64,000 nt of DNA from an uncultured virus (IMG/VR IMGVR_UViG_3300017958_000005). Taxonomy: Duplodnaviria; Heunggongvirae; Uroviricota; Caudoviricetes. A program made the translations under genes and the position numbers. How positions within the stretch are numbered: position 1 is the stretch's first letter; the number at the start of each line of letters is the position of its first letter. The stretch is taken from IMG/VR virus record IMGVR_UViG_3300017958_000005, positions 1-64,000 of that record. One strand, 5' to 3'. The notes beneath the pieces are model-generated. The model made no database searches. It was not told the origin of the DNA and worked only from the letters and a program-made list of their open reading frames with translations. Shown here piece after piece: positions 19,243 to 28,502 of this stretch.

Positions 19243-19260
19243 TGGGCTGAACCCCTACAA

Positions 19261-19463
19261 CTAAGACCGATTTTGTCGTGCTTTTCGCTCCTGTTCCTCA
19301 CGGTCGCGCTCTATAACTTTAGCACAGGCCATAAGTAGTACCCATTCGTCATCGTCAAGGGCGAGCAAATCCAAAGGATTTGTTCCCCATAACTCTCCTA
19401 GTCGAGCCGAAGAAATCACATAGGAATCTTCGGTTAATTCATCTAGGAGTCCTTCGTAGGGTC
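19261..19463 (-). CDS. Tail assembly chaperone, frameshifted (GT-type) C-terminal extension
   Basis: The -1 frame is open from GGACCCT (~19464-19458) to TAG at 19261: YEGLLDELTEDSYVISSARLGELWGTNPLDLLALDDDEWVLLMACAKVIERDREEQERKARQNRS. It fills the gap before the tape measure gene. Confidence 0.7.
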
Positions 19464-19964
19464 CACAGCATCTACGGTCTCCCCATATCCAGCGGCCTCA
19501 AGGATAGCGAGTGCCGCAGCCTCTACGTGGGGATCAGTGTGGAAAAAAGCCATAACGGCGTCTGGTACAGGACGGGTACAGTCCGTAGATGCAAGTATAT
19601 CAGCGGAGGCAAAGTTGAGTGGGAAGCCATTCTCATCGAATACTTCTTCCTCATCCATTTCAATGCCGATAGTCGTGTGCCCGACCACGTAAGCAGCAAA
19701 CTTGGTTGGGTCCATTCCGTTACGAGTGTCCTCGCCAGCGTTGCGACGCCAAGCCTTCATCTGCTTCTGCGTGATGTTCGGACTGATCTTCAGGGCAACA
19801 CCCGGACGATCAGGAACTTCCAAGATGACTTCAGGTCGCGTTACCTTCGCTGAAATCTTCTCTTTCAACCTGTCGAGAGGTGATTCAACCTTGCTTGAGC
19901 CAGCCGCCTTTGCCGGAGCCGGATCATCAGGGGTGTCGTTGTCAATATACAGTGAGTCGCTCAT
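19443..19964 (-). CDS. Tail assembly chaperone (G-type)
   Basis: 173 aa between tube and tape measure; ends ...VDPTKDS. Confidence 0.8.
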   Translation of the reverse strand: MSDSLYIDNDTPDDPAPAKAAGSSKVESPLDRLKEKISAKVTRPEVILEVPDRPGVALKISPNITQKQMKAWRRNAGEDTRNGMDPTKFAAYVVGHTTIGIEMDEEEVFDENGFPLNFASADILASTDCTRPVPDAVMAFFHTDPHVEAAALAILEAAGYGETVDAVDPTKDS

Positions 19965-20013
19965 GGTTCGTCAACCTAGCACAGTCAGCGCGATTTTGGC
20001 GCAACAATGCAAC

Positions 20014-20042
20014 GCGGCCCACCCCATTTCGGGATGAGCCGC
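20014..20042 (-). terminator. Stem-loop after the tail tube gene
   Basis: Minus strand GCGGCTCATCCC-GAAAT-GGGGTGGGCCGC pairs with G:U wobbles and is followed by a weak U-tract (GTTGCATTGTT). Confidence 0.55.
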
Positions 20043-20076
20043 AAAGCCGTAAAACCTAGGTTTTATCGAGTTTTTA

Positions 20077-20541
20077 TCAGGATGCAGAGTTCACATTCTG
20101 AATAGCAAACGTCAGAGCGAAAGTCGCCGGAGCGCCAGATGACGAGTCACCCTCAGGCTCCGTGATTCCGACAAGCAGAGCGTTCGAGTAGACGCGGTCG
20201 GTGCCGATCACCTCGATGTCGCAGTCGTACGTTTTCACGTTGACGTTGTAGTACGCCTGACCGACGAGCGGACGCAACTGGGCCAACTTGCGGGCAAGAC
20301 CGGCGGCTCCGTCACTCTCGGTGTAGTCATCGTCGTAATGAGCGGTGAGCGTAATGTCACCAATCTCGAACGGCGCGCAAAGAACCGTAGGGAACTTCGC
20401 TCCACCTTCATAGATTTTCTCAACCGACGCCGTGATCTCACCGCCGGACACCTGAGCGAAACGAAAGCCCTCCCACTTGGGGTGGTTCGTATCAACTGGT
20501 GCGATATCGGCGAGGATCTGTCGCTGTGAAGTTTTGGCCAT
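20077..20541 (-). CDS. Tail tube protein
   Basis: 154 aa directly after the sheath; FAQVSGGEITA...GDITLT...PEGDSSSGAPATFALTF. Confidence 0.8.
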   Translation of the reverse strand: MAKTSQRQILADIAPVDTNHPKWEGFRFAQVSGGEITASVEKIYEGGAKFPTVLCAPFEIGDITLTAHYDDDYTESDGAAGLARKLAQLRPLVGQAYYNVNVKTYDCDIEVIGTDRVYSNALLVGITEPEGDSSSGAPATFALTFAIQNVNSAS

Positions 20542-20558
20542 CTGTCATTCTCCCTTGG

Positions 20559-22037
20559 TCAGACAACCGAGTTGGTCAGGTTGCTCTTAACGATGTCGAC
20601 TTCGATCTTGTCGCCGACACTCGACACGCGGATACCGACCTTGGCCTTGATAAGACCATCAGCCAACTGGGTAACAGGGTTGAGCGACGTATCGCACTTA
20701 ACCGTGTATCCATAGTCGATCCGCTTGCCGTTTGCGTCGAACGCCTCATAAAGGGCGCCGGCGAGACGAAGAGGTTCAAGCACAGCGATGAGTTTCGCCT
20801 CAACGCTGGCAAAAATGTTGTTACGTCCGTCGATGACGCTGAAGAGAAGATCTTCAAGCGTGCGATTGGCCTCGACAACCACGTGGTTGACAAGATCCTG
20901 CGCCGTCATGTAACGGAAGTTGCTGGTGTCCGACGAGAGCGAACGAGCGCCATAGATGCGAATCGTGTTATTGATCGTGCGAATGGCGTTCACGTGTGCT
21001 TCGTCCAGTGCATCTCCCGCCGACTTGTCGAGAGCAAACTCGATTCCGTTGACGTAGCGTGCGTTCGAGATGATGCCTGCGCCGGGCTGCTGAGGTCCAA
21101 CCTGATTGTGTGCGCGGGAGCGAACACCGGCAGCGTAGCCAAGCGGTGGAATCAGACGGTTGATGCCCGGAGTGGAAGTTGGAACATAAACCCACGGGTA
21201 AAACACCGCAGCATGCTCACCATTAGCAGCACCGAGCGCTTCCGACCTGCCGTTAGCACCAGCAGTCACTGCGGTGGTACCAGCCGGATAGTGATGGATG
21301 CTCATACGGTTGTTGGTGTTCGCGTGGGCGATAAGCGCGTCACGGACGACAGCGGAAGTTGTCTCTGGGCACCCAACAACGCCAGTTCCAAAAGAATTGA
21401 GGAACAAGTCGAGAGCAGCCGAGTACTGGTTGTCACCGGGGGCTCCACCGTCGCTCACCACTGAATTGTCAGCGTTCGTGGTCGGGAACGCAGTTGAAGC
21501 AACTGGAGCGGGCATCAACGTGCCGGTGATTTCCGCCGTCACATATCGAGAAGCAATAGCGCTCGTGTTGATGCGTCCGACCATCTGAGCAAGCGACAAA
21601 CAGTCACCAGTGTTGTACACCATGGTGCCTTCCCAATAAAGGCGAAGAGCCGAACTGTTTGCAGCAACACCGATGACGACTTCGTAATTGAGATCGTCTA
21701 CCCATGTTCCCGGACCGTTGGCGGTAAGTTGCAATGCCGAATCAGCGTTGACATCATCGAGTTCGATGTACGAAGTGACTGGGTTGGCGCCAGTGACTCG
21801 AGCGACGTAACACTGGGTGCCGCCCTCCTCGAAGAATGCTTTAACGGTGTCATGCAGGTAGCCGTTTGAGACGTATCCGCCGTAGAGGGCCTCGTACTCT
21901 TCCATGCTGTTGACTTTTGAGGCCTGATCGGCAGGACCACGCTCGGTGATACCTGCAAAAAAAGCCTGTGACGATTCGCGAGTGGTGTTCCCGGTAGGGC
22001 CACTTCGCACTGCTGTTGAAATTACGACTCCCGGCAT
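20559..22037 (-). CDS. Tail sheath protein
   Basis: MPGVVI...AFFAGITERGP...FFEEGGTQCYVARV...AVFYPWV...VNAIR...IYGARSLS: classic contractile sheath motifs. Confidence 0.95.
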   Translation of the reverse strand: MPGVVISTAVRSGPTGNTTRESSQAFFAGITERGPADQASKVNSMEEYEALYGGYVSNGYLHDTVKAFFEEGGTQCYVARVTGANPVTSYIELDDVNADSALQLTANGPGTWVDDLNYEVVIGVAANSSALRLYWEGTMVYNTGDCLSLAQMVGRINTSAIASRYVTAEITGTLMPAPVASTAFPTTNADNSVVSDGGAPGDNQYSAALDLFLNSFGTGVVGCPETTSAVVRDALIAHANTNNRMSIHHYPAGTTAVTAGANGRSEALGAANGEHAAVFYPWVYVPTSTPGINRLIPPLGYAAGVRSRAHNQVGPQQPGAGIISNARYVNGIEFALDKSAGDALDEAHVNAIRTINNTIRIYGARSLSSDTSNFRYMTAQDLVNHVVVEANRTLEDLLFSVIDGRNNIFASVEAKLIAVLEPLRLAGALYEAFDANGKRIDYGYTVKCDTSLNPVTQLADGLIKAKVGIRVSSVGDKIEVDIVKSNLTNSVV

Positions 22038-22137
22038 AGGATTCTTCCCTTTTCTTGCGTCGGACGGTCACTTGTAAGTGTAATCACAATTGTACAGAAC
22101 ACTTATTCGTTTCCTTGCAACTGCTTTGTATAGGATA

Positions 22138-22536
22138 TCAGACCTCATCTTCCGATGAGTTGACATTTTCGGGTTCTTCCACCTTCTCCTCGACTTCGGG
22201 CGCTGCCTCTTCAGCGGTCTCCTCTTTGGGAGATTCTGCTGATTCATCGGACACCACTTCCTCGACGGGATCAGTTTTGGTTTTGGAGGGAGATTTCTTT
22301 GGCTTTGAAGGAGCATCCACACTGGTTTCGTCGATAGCGACGTCGCCGCGCTCAACAGCGGCCTTCAGGGTTGCGTCCTGCTTTTTAAGGCGACCCCAAG
22401 AACGTGCTGGCATGACCTGACCTTCATCGTTGATCATTACGCTGTAGGAGCGAAGGCTGTGGACACCAACTCCACCGTCCACTTTGGCCATCGCTGCTTC
22501 TGAGCGTGTGCAAACTTCGAAATGATTTCCAGACAT
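22138..22536 (-). CDS. Hypothetical protein with acidic C-terminal tail
   Basis: ORF track gives 22138..22554. The likely start is ATG 22536, 6 nt downstream of TATACT (leaderless type). Confidence 0.6.
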   Translation of the reverse strand: MSGNHFEVCTRSEAAMAKVDGGVGVHSLRSYSVMINDEGQVMPARSWGRLKKQDATLKAAVERGDVAIDETSVDAPSKPKKSPSKTKTDPVEEVVSDESAESPKEETAEEAAPEVEEKVEEPENVNSSEDEV

Positions 22537-22550
22537 GTGTAGAGTATACC

Positions 22551-22814
22551 TCACTTACCTTTTAGAAGACGTCCAGTTTTACCGAACGACGCCAATGTTT
22601 TCAAGAACTTTTTTTCCAGACCGTCTACGATTCTCGGGTTATCTTTTGACACGAGCCAGATTTCGTGTCGTTTCGTTTTGCATGAATGGTCACAGATTTC
22701 AAAGTTGTCTATACCGCTGCAAGCGACGACAACTTTGTCCTTTGTGTCATAGCCAAACGCATAAACATCAGACACGCCGTTATTCAATTTAATACAACAA
22801 CCACAATTACTCAT
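22551..22814 (-). CDS. Hypothetical Cys-rich protein (87 aa)
   Basis: ORF track; 4-bp overlap with the upstream gene. Confidence 0.5.
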   Translation of the reverse strand: MSNCGCCIKLNNGVSDVYAFGYDTKDKVVVACSGIDNFEICDHSCKTKRHEIWLVSKDNPRIVDGLEKKFLKTLASFGKTGRLLKGK

Positions 22815-23419
22815 AACTCAATGCTTTCCGTAGATCCCATTCCTCTAATAACCGTTTCGATATCGAACTCACCGACCTCGCCCAAAGGCTCGCGCATCAC
22901 AATCTCATTGATTGACAAGTCGTAACCCAAATACGAGCCAGCAAGCATTCGATCACCCTTCAATACAGTGAGGTCCGAGAACTGCTCCTGAATTGTTCCC
23001 TCATCAACGAGAACTTGGAAAGTTTCCCGAGGATCGGTTGCCCTCAAACATGGGCGGTCAAGCAACGCTGAACGCACGACCGTAGTCAGACGGTCTCTCA
23101 TGGTCGTGGCCTCTTCAGACCCAGCATCACGCACCCAAACGTATGTTCGCATCTGATACGTGACCCGATACTCGGGATGACTCCGATCAAAACCAATTCG
23201 CTCAAAGTTCGATGTCGAGATAGCCACCGTAATCAGGGTCGGCCACGAATCCAAAGCAATTGGTTCGTAAGTCAAATACTTGCGGGGATCAGGCAGTAGA
23301 TAGTCATCTAAATTCCATCCATTACGATACGAAACCAATCGAGTCGGAAGATCGAACTTGAGATACTCGTTTACATACTGTTTGGCGAAATGTGCGCCAT
23401 GCATCAAATCAATTGCCAT
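22811..23419 (-). CDS. Tail completion/terminator protein
   Basis: 202 aa between the neck genes and the sheath; assigned by synteny. Confidence 0.6.
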   Translation of the reverse strand: MAIDLMHGAHFAKQYVNEYLKFDLPTRLVSYRNGWNLDDYLLPDPRKYLTYEPIALDSWPTLITVAISTSNFERIGFDRSHPEYRVTYQMRTYVWVRDAGSEEATTMRDRLTTVVRSALLDRPCLRATDPRETFQVLVDEGTIQEQFSDLTVLKGDRMLAGSYLGYDLSINEIVMREPLGEVGEFDIETVIRGMGSTESIEL

Positions 23420-23425
23420 AAACCA

Positions 23426-23887
23426 TCACCCGTCCACGTCGCCGTCTTTAATGTATTTAGCGGTTTTCTCTGCCCACTCGCGAGAGAAATTCATCGGCTC
23501 ATACACAACTTCACGTTTCGGCATCTTCGTAGTGCCGTACTGATGGAATTTAGCATACTTAATACCATTACCAAAAGTAGCCTCTTTATCTCGAATCTCA
23601 CTATCTGTACCACGCAGTTCACTGAGGCTTCGAAACAAGCGTCCACTCTGAACCATGGGCGGAGCACCGGGAAAATGAACAGATTTCCAAGATGCATACT
23701 CTGCATCGAGAGGTCGCCAACCGCCAGCAGCCAAGCCGTTGTCAAGGAAGTTTTGACGCCAGTCTCGCTGAAGTTGACGCCTCATGGCACGAAACACCGG
23801 TTTGAAATTATCTGCGCGATGCATCATCCCGCGAAGGTCAGAACGAGTGCCGTCGTCCTCCCACTCAACATCAAAAAGAAGTGCCAC
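23426..23887 (-). CDS. Virion morphogenesis (gpG/gpS-like) neck protein
   Basis: GGWRPL...MVQSGRLFRSL...YAKFHQYGTTKMPKR motif of the phage virion morphogenesis family. Confidence 0.85.
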   Translation of the reverse strand: MALLFDVEWEDDGTRSDLRGMMHRADNFKPVFRAMRRQLQRDWRQNFLDNGLAAGGWRPLDAEYASWKSVHFPGAPPMVQSGRLFRSLSELRGTDSEIRDKEATFGNGIKYAKFHQYGTTKMPKREVVYEPMNFSREWAEKTAKYIKDGDVDG

Positions 23888-23889
23888 GG

Positions 23890-24516
23890 CTATGACACCT
23901 GAACGCGTCGATACCTCTTGACCGCCATCAATTCTTTTTCAAGAAAACCGGTTTCCATCGGCGCAACATTTCGTGGTTCCAAATCCTTGACACCGACAAC
24001 GTCGTCATGCATGTTTTGCATTTCACGAGTGGCAGCACGCAAAATCATCAACTTGAACATTTTGATGTCGTTGCCCGCCAAACCAGCGTCGTATGTGACT
24101 TCAACAATGTCATCCGCCCAACCACGGAAAAGATCCATCCCGTATCTGCGAACAACAAAATCACGATCCTCAGTCAAAGTTTCCCATTCCTGAAAACGTG
24201 GCTTCAACCTGACCTGAGAAACGGAGACAACCGGTGAATTGCGCAAATAAATCGTTGCAGGTGGCTGGGCATAAGTGATCGGATTCATCGTTGTATCTAG
24301 TGATGTGTTGTAGAAAAACGACGACATCGGAACGCCAACATGGTTTGCTGGAAGTTTGTATTCCTCGGTAAAAGTTCCAACCTCGATAGGTCGATTTAAG
24401 TACGCCTCGAGTTCGCTTTGCAATCCACCAAGCACCATTTCAGCGGCGTCCTCTTGACGCAGCGAAAAGGATATATCCATGTAATTTTTGAGATCAGCGA
24501 TAGAAACAAGCACCAA
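23890..24516 (-). CDS. Head-tail adaptor/connector protein
   Basis: LVSIADLKNYM...ELEAYLNR...PVVSVSQV...VEVTYDAG, typical of gp6-like adaptors; start TTG/GTG at 24516/24513 after AAGGGGG. Confidence 0.75.
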   Translation of the reverse strand: MVLVSIADLKNYMDISFSLRQEDAAEMVLGGLQSELEAYLNRPIEVGTFTEEYKLPANHVGVPMSSFFYNTSLDTTMNPITYAQPPATIYLRNSPVVSVSQVRLKPRFQEWETLTEDRDFVVRRYGMDLFRGWADDIVEVTYDAGLAGNDIKMFKLMILRAATREMQNMHDDVVGVKDLEPRNVAPMETGFLEKELMAVKRYRRVQVS

Positions 24517-24529
24517 GGCCCCCTTCGAA

Positions 24530-24697
24530 TTAGCCTCGGCGACGACGGCCGCGTTCGCGAATAATGTCACGAATCGTTTCGTCACGACGCCTGCGACCAA
24601 CAAGACGACCGACGCCCTGCGCACCAGATCTAATCAAACGACGAAGAGTGCCCGGCCTACGGACGGTCTCATCTCCTGTTCTACCGGGTACAGCCAT
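24530..24697 (-). CDS. Small Arg-rich basic protein (55 aa)
   Basis: RBS AAGGAG then MAVPGRTGDETVRRPGTLRRLIRSGAQGVGRLVGRRRRDETIRDIIRERGRRRRG. Confidence 0.65.
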   Translation of the reverse strand: MAVPGRTGDETVRRPGTLRRLIRSGAQGVGRLVGRRRRDETIRDIIRERGRRRRG

Positions 24698-24761
24698 GTC
24701 AATCTCCTTAAGGTGATGACATAAGTGTAGCACCAGAACACGTGCGTTTTTAAGAAAAATA

Positions 24762-25310
24762 CTAGCGATCTGGGCCCGGAGGTGGTTCAACTAGAGCGCC
24801 ACCGGCGTCAACTGTTCCCGCAGGAGCCTCAACCGGAACCCACGCACGAGAATACTGATGGTTTTTTACGTTTCGGCTTTTCAGAATCGTTCCATCTAGC
24901 ATCAACTCGAGTTCATCGCCGCGCATCGACCACTGGCGATTGAAATCTTCTGCCTTAAACACACCAGAGCGTTTCAGGGTGCGGACAATGTTTGACAACT
25001 TTTTAGCAACGATGCTTCCACGGCCTCGATTGAGTTGAATATGAAGCGCCATTGCCTCAACCTCAGATATGTCTAAAGAACGCACGGGAACAACGTCAAA
25101 CTTCTCTCGCAGGTGTTTATTCCCTTGAATCAACATGACCCTCTGAGACCCATCAATGATTTGTTTCGTTGAAGAACGAATAACTATTGGAGTTAGCAGT
25201 CCGTAATCTCCAAGCGAGGAGGCCAAGGTCAGCAGATCCGGCCGAAGAATATGGGTGGCGTTCCATGTTGGAACAACAAGTTCATCAATTTCCATGTACT
25301 CAAGCATCAT
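24762..25310 (-). CDS. ParB/Srx-like protein (IbrB-like)
   Basis: SLGDYGLLTPIVI...IIDGSQR...IQLNRGRG...YSRAWVP matches the IbrB-type ParB pattern; coupled to a PAPS-reductase-like gene. Confidence 0.8.
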   Translation of the reverse strand: MMLEYMEIDELVVPTWNATHILRPDLLTLASSLGDYGLLTPIVIRSSTKQIIDGSQRVMLIQGNKHLREKFDVVPVRSLDISEVEAMALHIQLNRGRGSIVAKKLSNIVRTLKRSGVFKAEDFNRQWSMRGDELELMLDGTILKSRNVKNHQYSRAWVPVEAPAGTVDAGGALVEPPPGPDR

Positions 25311-26442
25311 TATCCTCGCTCAACTTTTCCAGTGCTTTACGGCGAAGAGTATCCGCCCTTGTTTTTGGCCCAACAGGTGACGCCGCCAACGTGGTCAACT
25401 CGTTCAACAGCAAGTTGCGAATCAGCCAGTTCAGTGGATATGAATACGGATCGGCAGCGTGCTTCTTCCTGAATTCAGCAACGAAGGCTCTCGCCCTAGT
25501 TTGCTTCGTCGGGCCTATCATGAAAGTGCCCACTACGTCTTTGACGCCGTCCCAACCACGAGACGCAAACTTTTCAATGACCTGTTCGATGTCATACTCT
25601 GGCCACCATCTACGTTGAGCATCGATGTATGGGAAGCATTCGTAGAGCCTGTCGTAGAACTCCGGTTCTGTCGCAACAAGATCCCCAATACGTCGAATGG
25701 CAACGGAGTGTAAGGGAATACCAACCCGCGTGTTTGATCCTGTAAGTGCGGCAAGATCATAATATTCGCAATACGGTGCACCATGTTCCTCAGAGATGAA
25801 TTTGAATACATCATCGGTATTCCAGTCATAGATGACCTTCGCGAATTTAAGTGGAACACCGCTCTTCAGTCGGTACGGCTTCACAATGTAGTTCTCGTGG
25901 AGTTTCTGAACACATGACCTGTAACGAATCATGGATTCCGATGCTCGAACACCGGTAATAAAAGCGGTCGAACCCTTTTTCCCCTGCATGGTGTAATAGT
26001 CAACAGATTCCGGAAGGCTTTTGCTGTGATCTAGGCCAAACGAGTAACCGGTAATCGCATCATCCGGCATCTCGCGAACAAGACGACCCTCTGAGCGTCG
26101 TTGATCACCCCACAAAATGACAGACTGCCGGCGACCCAAAACCCAAACCTCAGCACCATAAGGCAGGCAATACCACTCCATGTCGACCCAGTCAAAATTC
26201 TTGACCATGTTGACATAGTCAATGACTACGGGTGAGACCATTTCCTCGTCACGAAAAATAACTTTCACAGGGCCGAGGCCACGCTCTTCGTGAATTTCTT
26301 TGGCCAAATACAAGACTGCTGTTGAGTCTTTTCCCCCAGAAAATTGGACGCAAACGGTATCGAACGAATCATAGATATGGCGAATTCGTTCACGCGCAGC
26401 ATCGACAACGCTGATGTCTAGAAACATCCTCTGACGTGTCAC
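25300..26442 (-). CDS. PAPS reductase-family PP-loop protein (IbrA-like)
   Basis: VQFSGGKDSTAVL, VIFRDEE, WYCLP, GVRASESMIRY and IYDWNTDDVF motifs; GTG start at 26442 overlaps the upstream TGA. Confidence 0.85.
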   Translation of the reverse strand: MTRQRMFLDISVVDAARERIRHIYDSFDTVCVQFSGGKDSTAVLYLAKEIHEERGLGPVKVIFRDEEMVSPVVIDYVNMVKNFDWVDMEWYCLPYGAEVWVLGRRQSVILWGDQRRSEGRLVREMPDDAITGYSFGLDHSKSLPESVDYYTMQGKKGSTAFITGVRASESMIRYRSCVQKLHENYIVKPYRLKSGVPLKFAKVIYDWNTDDVFKFISEEHGAPYCEYYDLAALTGSNTRVGIPLHSVAIRRIGDLVATEPEFYDRLYECFPYIDAQRRWWPEYDIEQVIEKFASRGWDGVKDVVGTFMIGPTKQTRARAFVAEFRKKHAADPYSYPLNWLIRNLLLNELTTLAASPVGPKTRADTLRRKALEKLSEDNDA

Positions 26443-27053
26443 AACTTGCCTCGCTTGATCTTGCCTCGCTTGATGTCGTATGCGAGTTTGGTTTGAGTTG
26501 GCTTGGTAAACGGCGCAGGGTGCCTGAAAATACCAAGGTACAGGGCTTCCCATCGTTCCTGTGTTTCAATTCGAATCCAGTTCCCCCTAATCAGAGGTGA
26601 GGGATAAGGTGCTCGCCCAAGCATCTCGTTGATCTCAACAACTGTGTATCCCTTGTCGCGGATTCGCTGTGCGATTTTTTTGCTGTAAGAGGAACGCACC
26701 AGTTGCTTGGGGCCGAAATTGTCTGGTCGAACCCGCAAGATCTTGCTTTCCGTTTCTCGCCAAACCATCTTGGATTTCCCGGAACGGATTTTTTTGAGCG
26801 TTGCTTCATGTATGCCTGACCGTATTGCAACAGCGTTGATGCTAACCCCATGTTCCTTCAGGTAAAGCAAATGTCGTTGAGCAACGCCCGGATCAACCGA
26901 ACGACTCGGCGGCTCAGGCCCAATCCCCTGCTTGAATCGTCGATGCAGACGCATACGCTCACGATTGTAGGTTCTGTGTGCGATTACGCATGCCTCACAC
27001 TTGCAACCCCTTGAATACCCGGCGTGCTCTCCGTGGCGTATCGGTTTGCTCAT
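26439..27053 (-). CDS. Zn-finger/HTH putative DNA-binding protein
   Basis: HGEHAGYSRGCKCEAC N-terminus and HTH-like GVSINAVAIRSGIHEATLKKIRSG. Confidence 0.65.
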   Translation of the reverse strand: MSKPIRHGEHAGYSRGCKCEACVIAHRTYNRERMRLHRRFKQGIGPEPPSRSVDPGVAQRHLLYLKEHGVSINAVAIRSGIHEATLKKIRSGKSKMVWRETESKILRVRPDNFGPKQLVRSSYSKKIAQRIRDKGYTVVEINEMLGRAPYPSPLIRGNWIRIETQERWEALYLGIFRHPAPFTKPTQTKLAYDIKRGKIKRGKL

Positions 27054-27718
27054 GGGGAAACTCTACCGTGGGCCTCCCAAGCGTCAAACGTCACCGGCAT
27101 TTTTTCTTTGAATGAATACTCAATCGCGCCGGCATAATCCCGGATTTCCCTTTGAGCGGTAGAATCCGTACGCAAAGAGAGGAAGTTCATAAGCGCCCTA
27201 GCGTTTACAGTCCAGTAAAACTCCGTGAATGTTGACACCGGGAGTACCGTTCTGGCAATTTCCTTCGCAACTCCCCGCTCAAGCAAATAGTTGTATGTTC
27301 TAAACGCCGCCTGATTCGACTGATTGATCACCTCGGAGACCTGCTCAGCCAACTCGTCATCAAGAGGTTCAAAAGTATAACTCCCCGGTTTACCCGTCTG
27401 CTTTCGACAATATTCTCCGACAGGCACATACCCAGCATTGTCCAAGCGGGTATACCGACCAGAAATTTCATTGAACGAACCAATGCGGTGCCGGAACCAT
27501 TCGCGGGCGACAAAAATTGGACACTTGACGTGGAACCGAAATGAGTTGTGCTCGAAAGGCGTCCCATGACGCTCCCTCATCAGAAAATTAATGAGCCCCT
27601 CATCAGCATCACCCATGACCTCTCGCCTATCCCCAAAAGAAACTCTGGCGGCATTGACAACAGACAGATCATCAGCCATCGCATCGTCAAGTCGAACAAA
27701 ACCATGTTCATGAATCAT
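27050..27718 (-). CDS. thyX: Flavin-dependent thymidylate synthase
   Basis: VNAARVS, HGTPFEH, REWFRHRIGSFNEISGRY (RHRx7S motif) and NARALMNFLSLR; RBS GGAGG before ATG 27718. Confidence 0.95.
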   Translation of the reverse strand: MIHEHGFVRLDDAMADDLSVVNAARVSFGDRREVMGDADEGLINFLMRERHGTPFEHNSFRFHVKCPIFVAREWFRHRIGSFNEISGRYTRLDNAGYVPVGEYCRKQTGKPGSYTFEPLDDELAEQVSEVINQSNQAAFRTYNYLLERGVAKEIARTVLPVSTFTEFYWTVNARALMNFLSLRTDSTAQREIRDYAGAIEYSFKEKMPVTFDAWEAHGRVSP

Positions 27719-27719
27719 C

Positions 27720-28502
27720 TTAGACCTCCGAATGCGCGTCGATAAAGGACATAATTTTCTCTGCCGTTGTAGACCCGTCGTAGCCGGGGTCATTCCGCAA
27801 CCACCGAATAAAGTCATACCATCGACGTTGCTGCTCCGGATCGTCGAATACCAAGGTGTATTGAACGACAGCCTGAGGCGCAGAACCCGGTGACGCTACG
27901 GTCGAACCCTGAATTGCAACTTGCTTATGATCGACGTCACCACCGGCCACAATTTGACGCTCGCCGTCAGCGTTCTCTTCGACAATAGGATTGTAAGTTG
28001 GCTTTGTGTCAACTATGACTGGCGGAACATAAGACGAAGAACCGACCGTCGGATCGTTGGCGTTAAATGATGCTTCCTCGTATGCGGCGATTTCAAACTC
28101 GTCCCATCCAAGTCCATCGAAAAGGTCCTGATAGTTGTTCTCTGCCATCATTTCCATGAGTTCAAAAACCGCAGCGTTATCGCTTTGGCCTAGTTCAACA
28201 GTTCGGTTGTCAGCAAGAGCGAAGGCAATTGCTTTATCCATGTCACCATCCATGCGCACTGCCGCAACCTGAGTCCATCCCAGTCGTCGTGCTGCTTCAA
28301 CTTGGTGATTCCCAGCGATTACCGTGAATGTTCCATCATCACCATTTGGAGTGATGACAATTGGACGCACTTGTCCGAATTCACGATACGACGCCATGAT
28401 TGCCTCAACGTTACCTTTTCGAGGATTACTAGGCAGTGGCGTCAAAACGCTGAGGTCGATAGCAAGATCGGCAATTGCTTTATCAATATTGTTACTCACC
28501 AC
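27720..28502 (-). CDS. ParB-like N-terminal domain protein
   Basis: NPRKGNVEAIMASYREFGQVRPIVI...VIAGNHQVEAARRLGW...ALADNRT. Confidence 0.85.
   Translation of the reverse strand: MVSNNIDKAIADLAIDLSVLTPLPSNPRKGNVEAIMASYREFGQVRPIVITPNGDDGTFTVIAGNHQVEAARRLGWTQVAAVRMDGDMDKAIAFALADNRTVELGQSDNAAVFELMEMMAENNYQDLFDGLGWDEFEIAAYEEASFNANDPTVGSSSYVPPVIVDTKPTYNPIVEENADGERQIVAGGDVDHKQVAIQGSTVASPGSAPQAVVQYTLVFDDPEQQRRWYDFIRWLRNDPGYDGSTTAEKIMSFIDAHSEV

Noticed and set aside
26445..26474. 15-bp direct repeat CTTGCCTCGCTTGAT x2
   Set aside because: A simple in-frame duplication at the end of a gene (IKRGK x2); no evidence of function.
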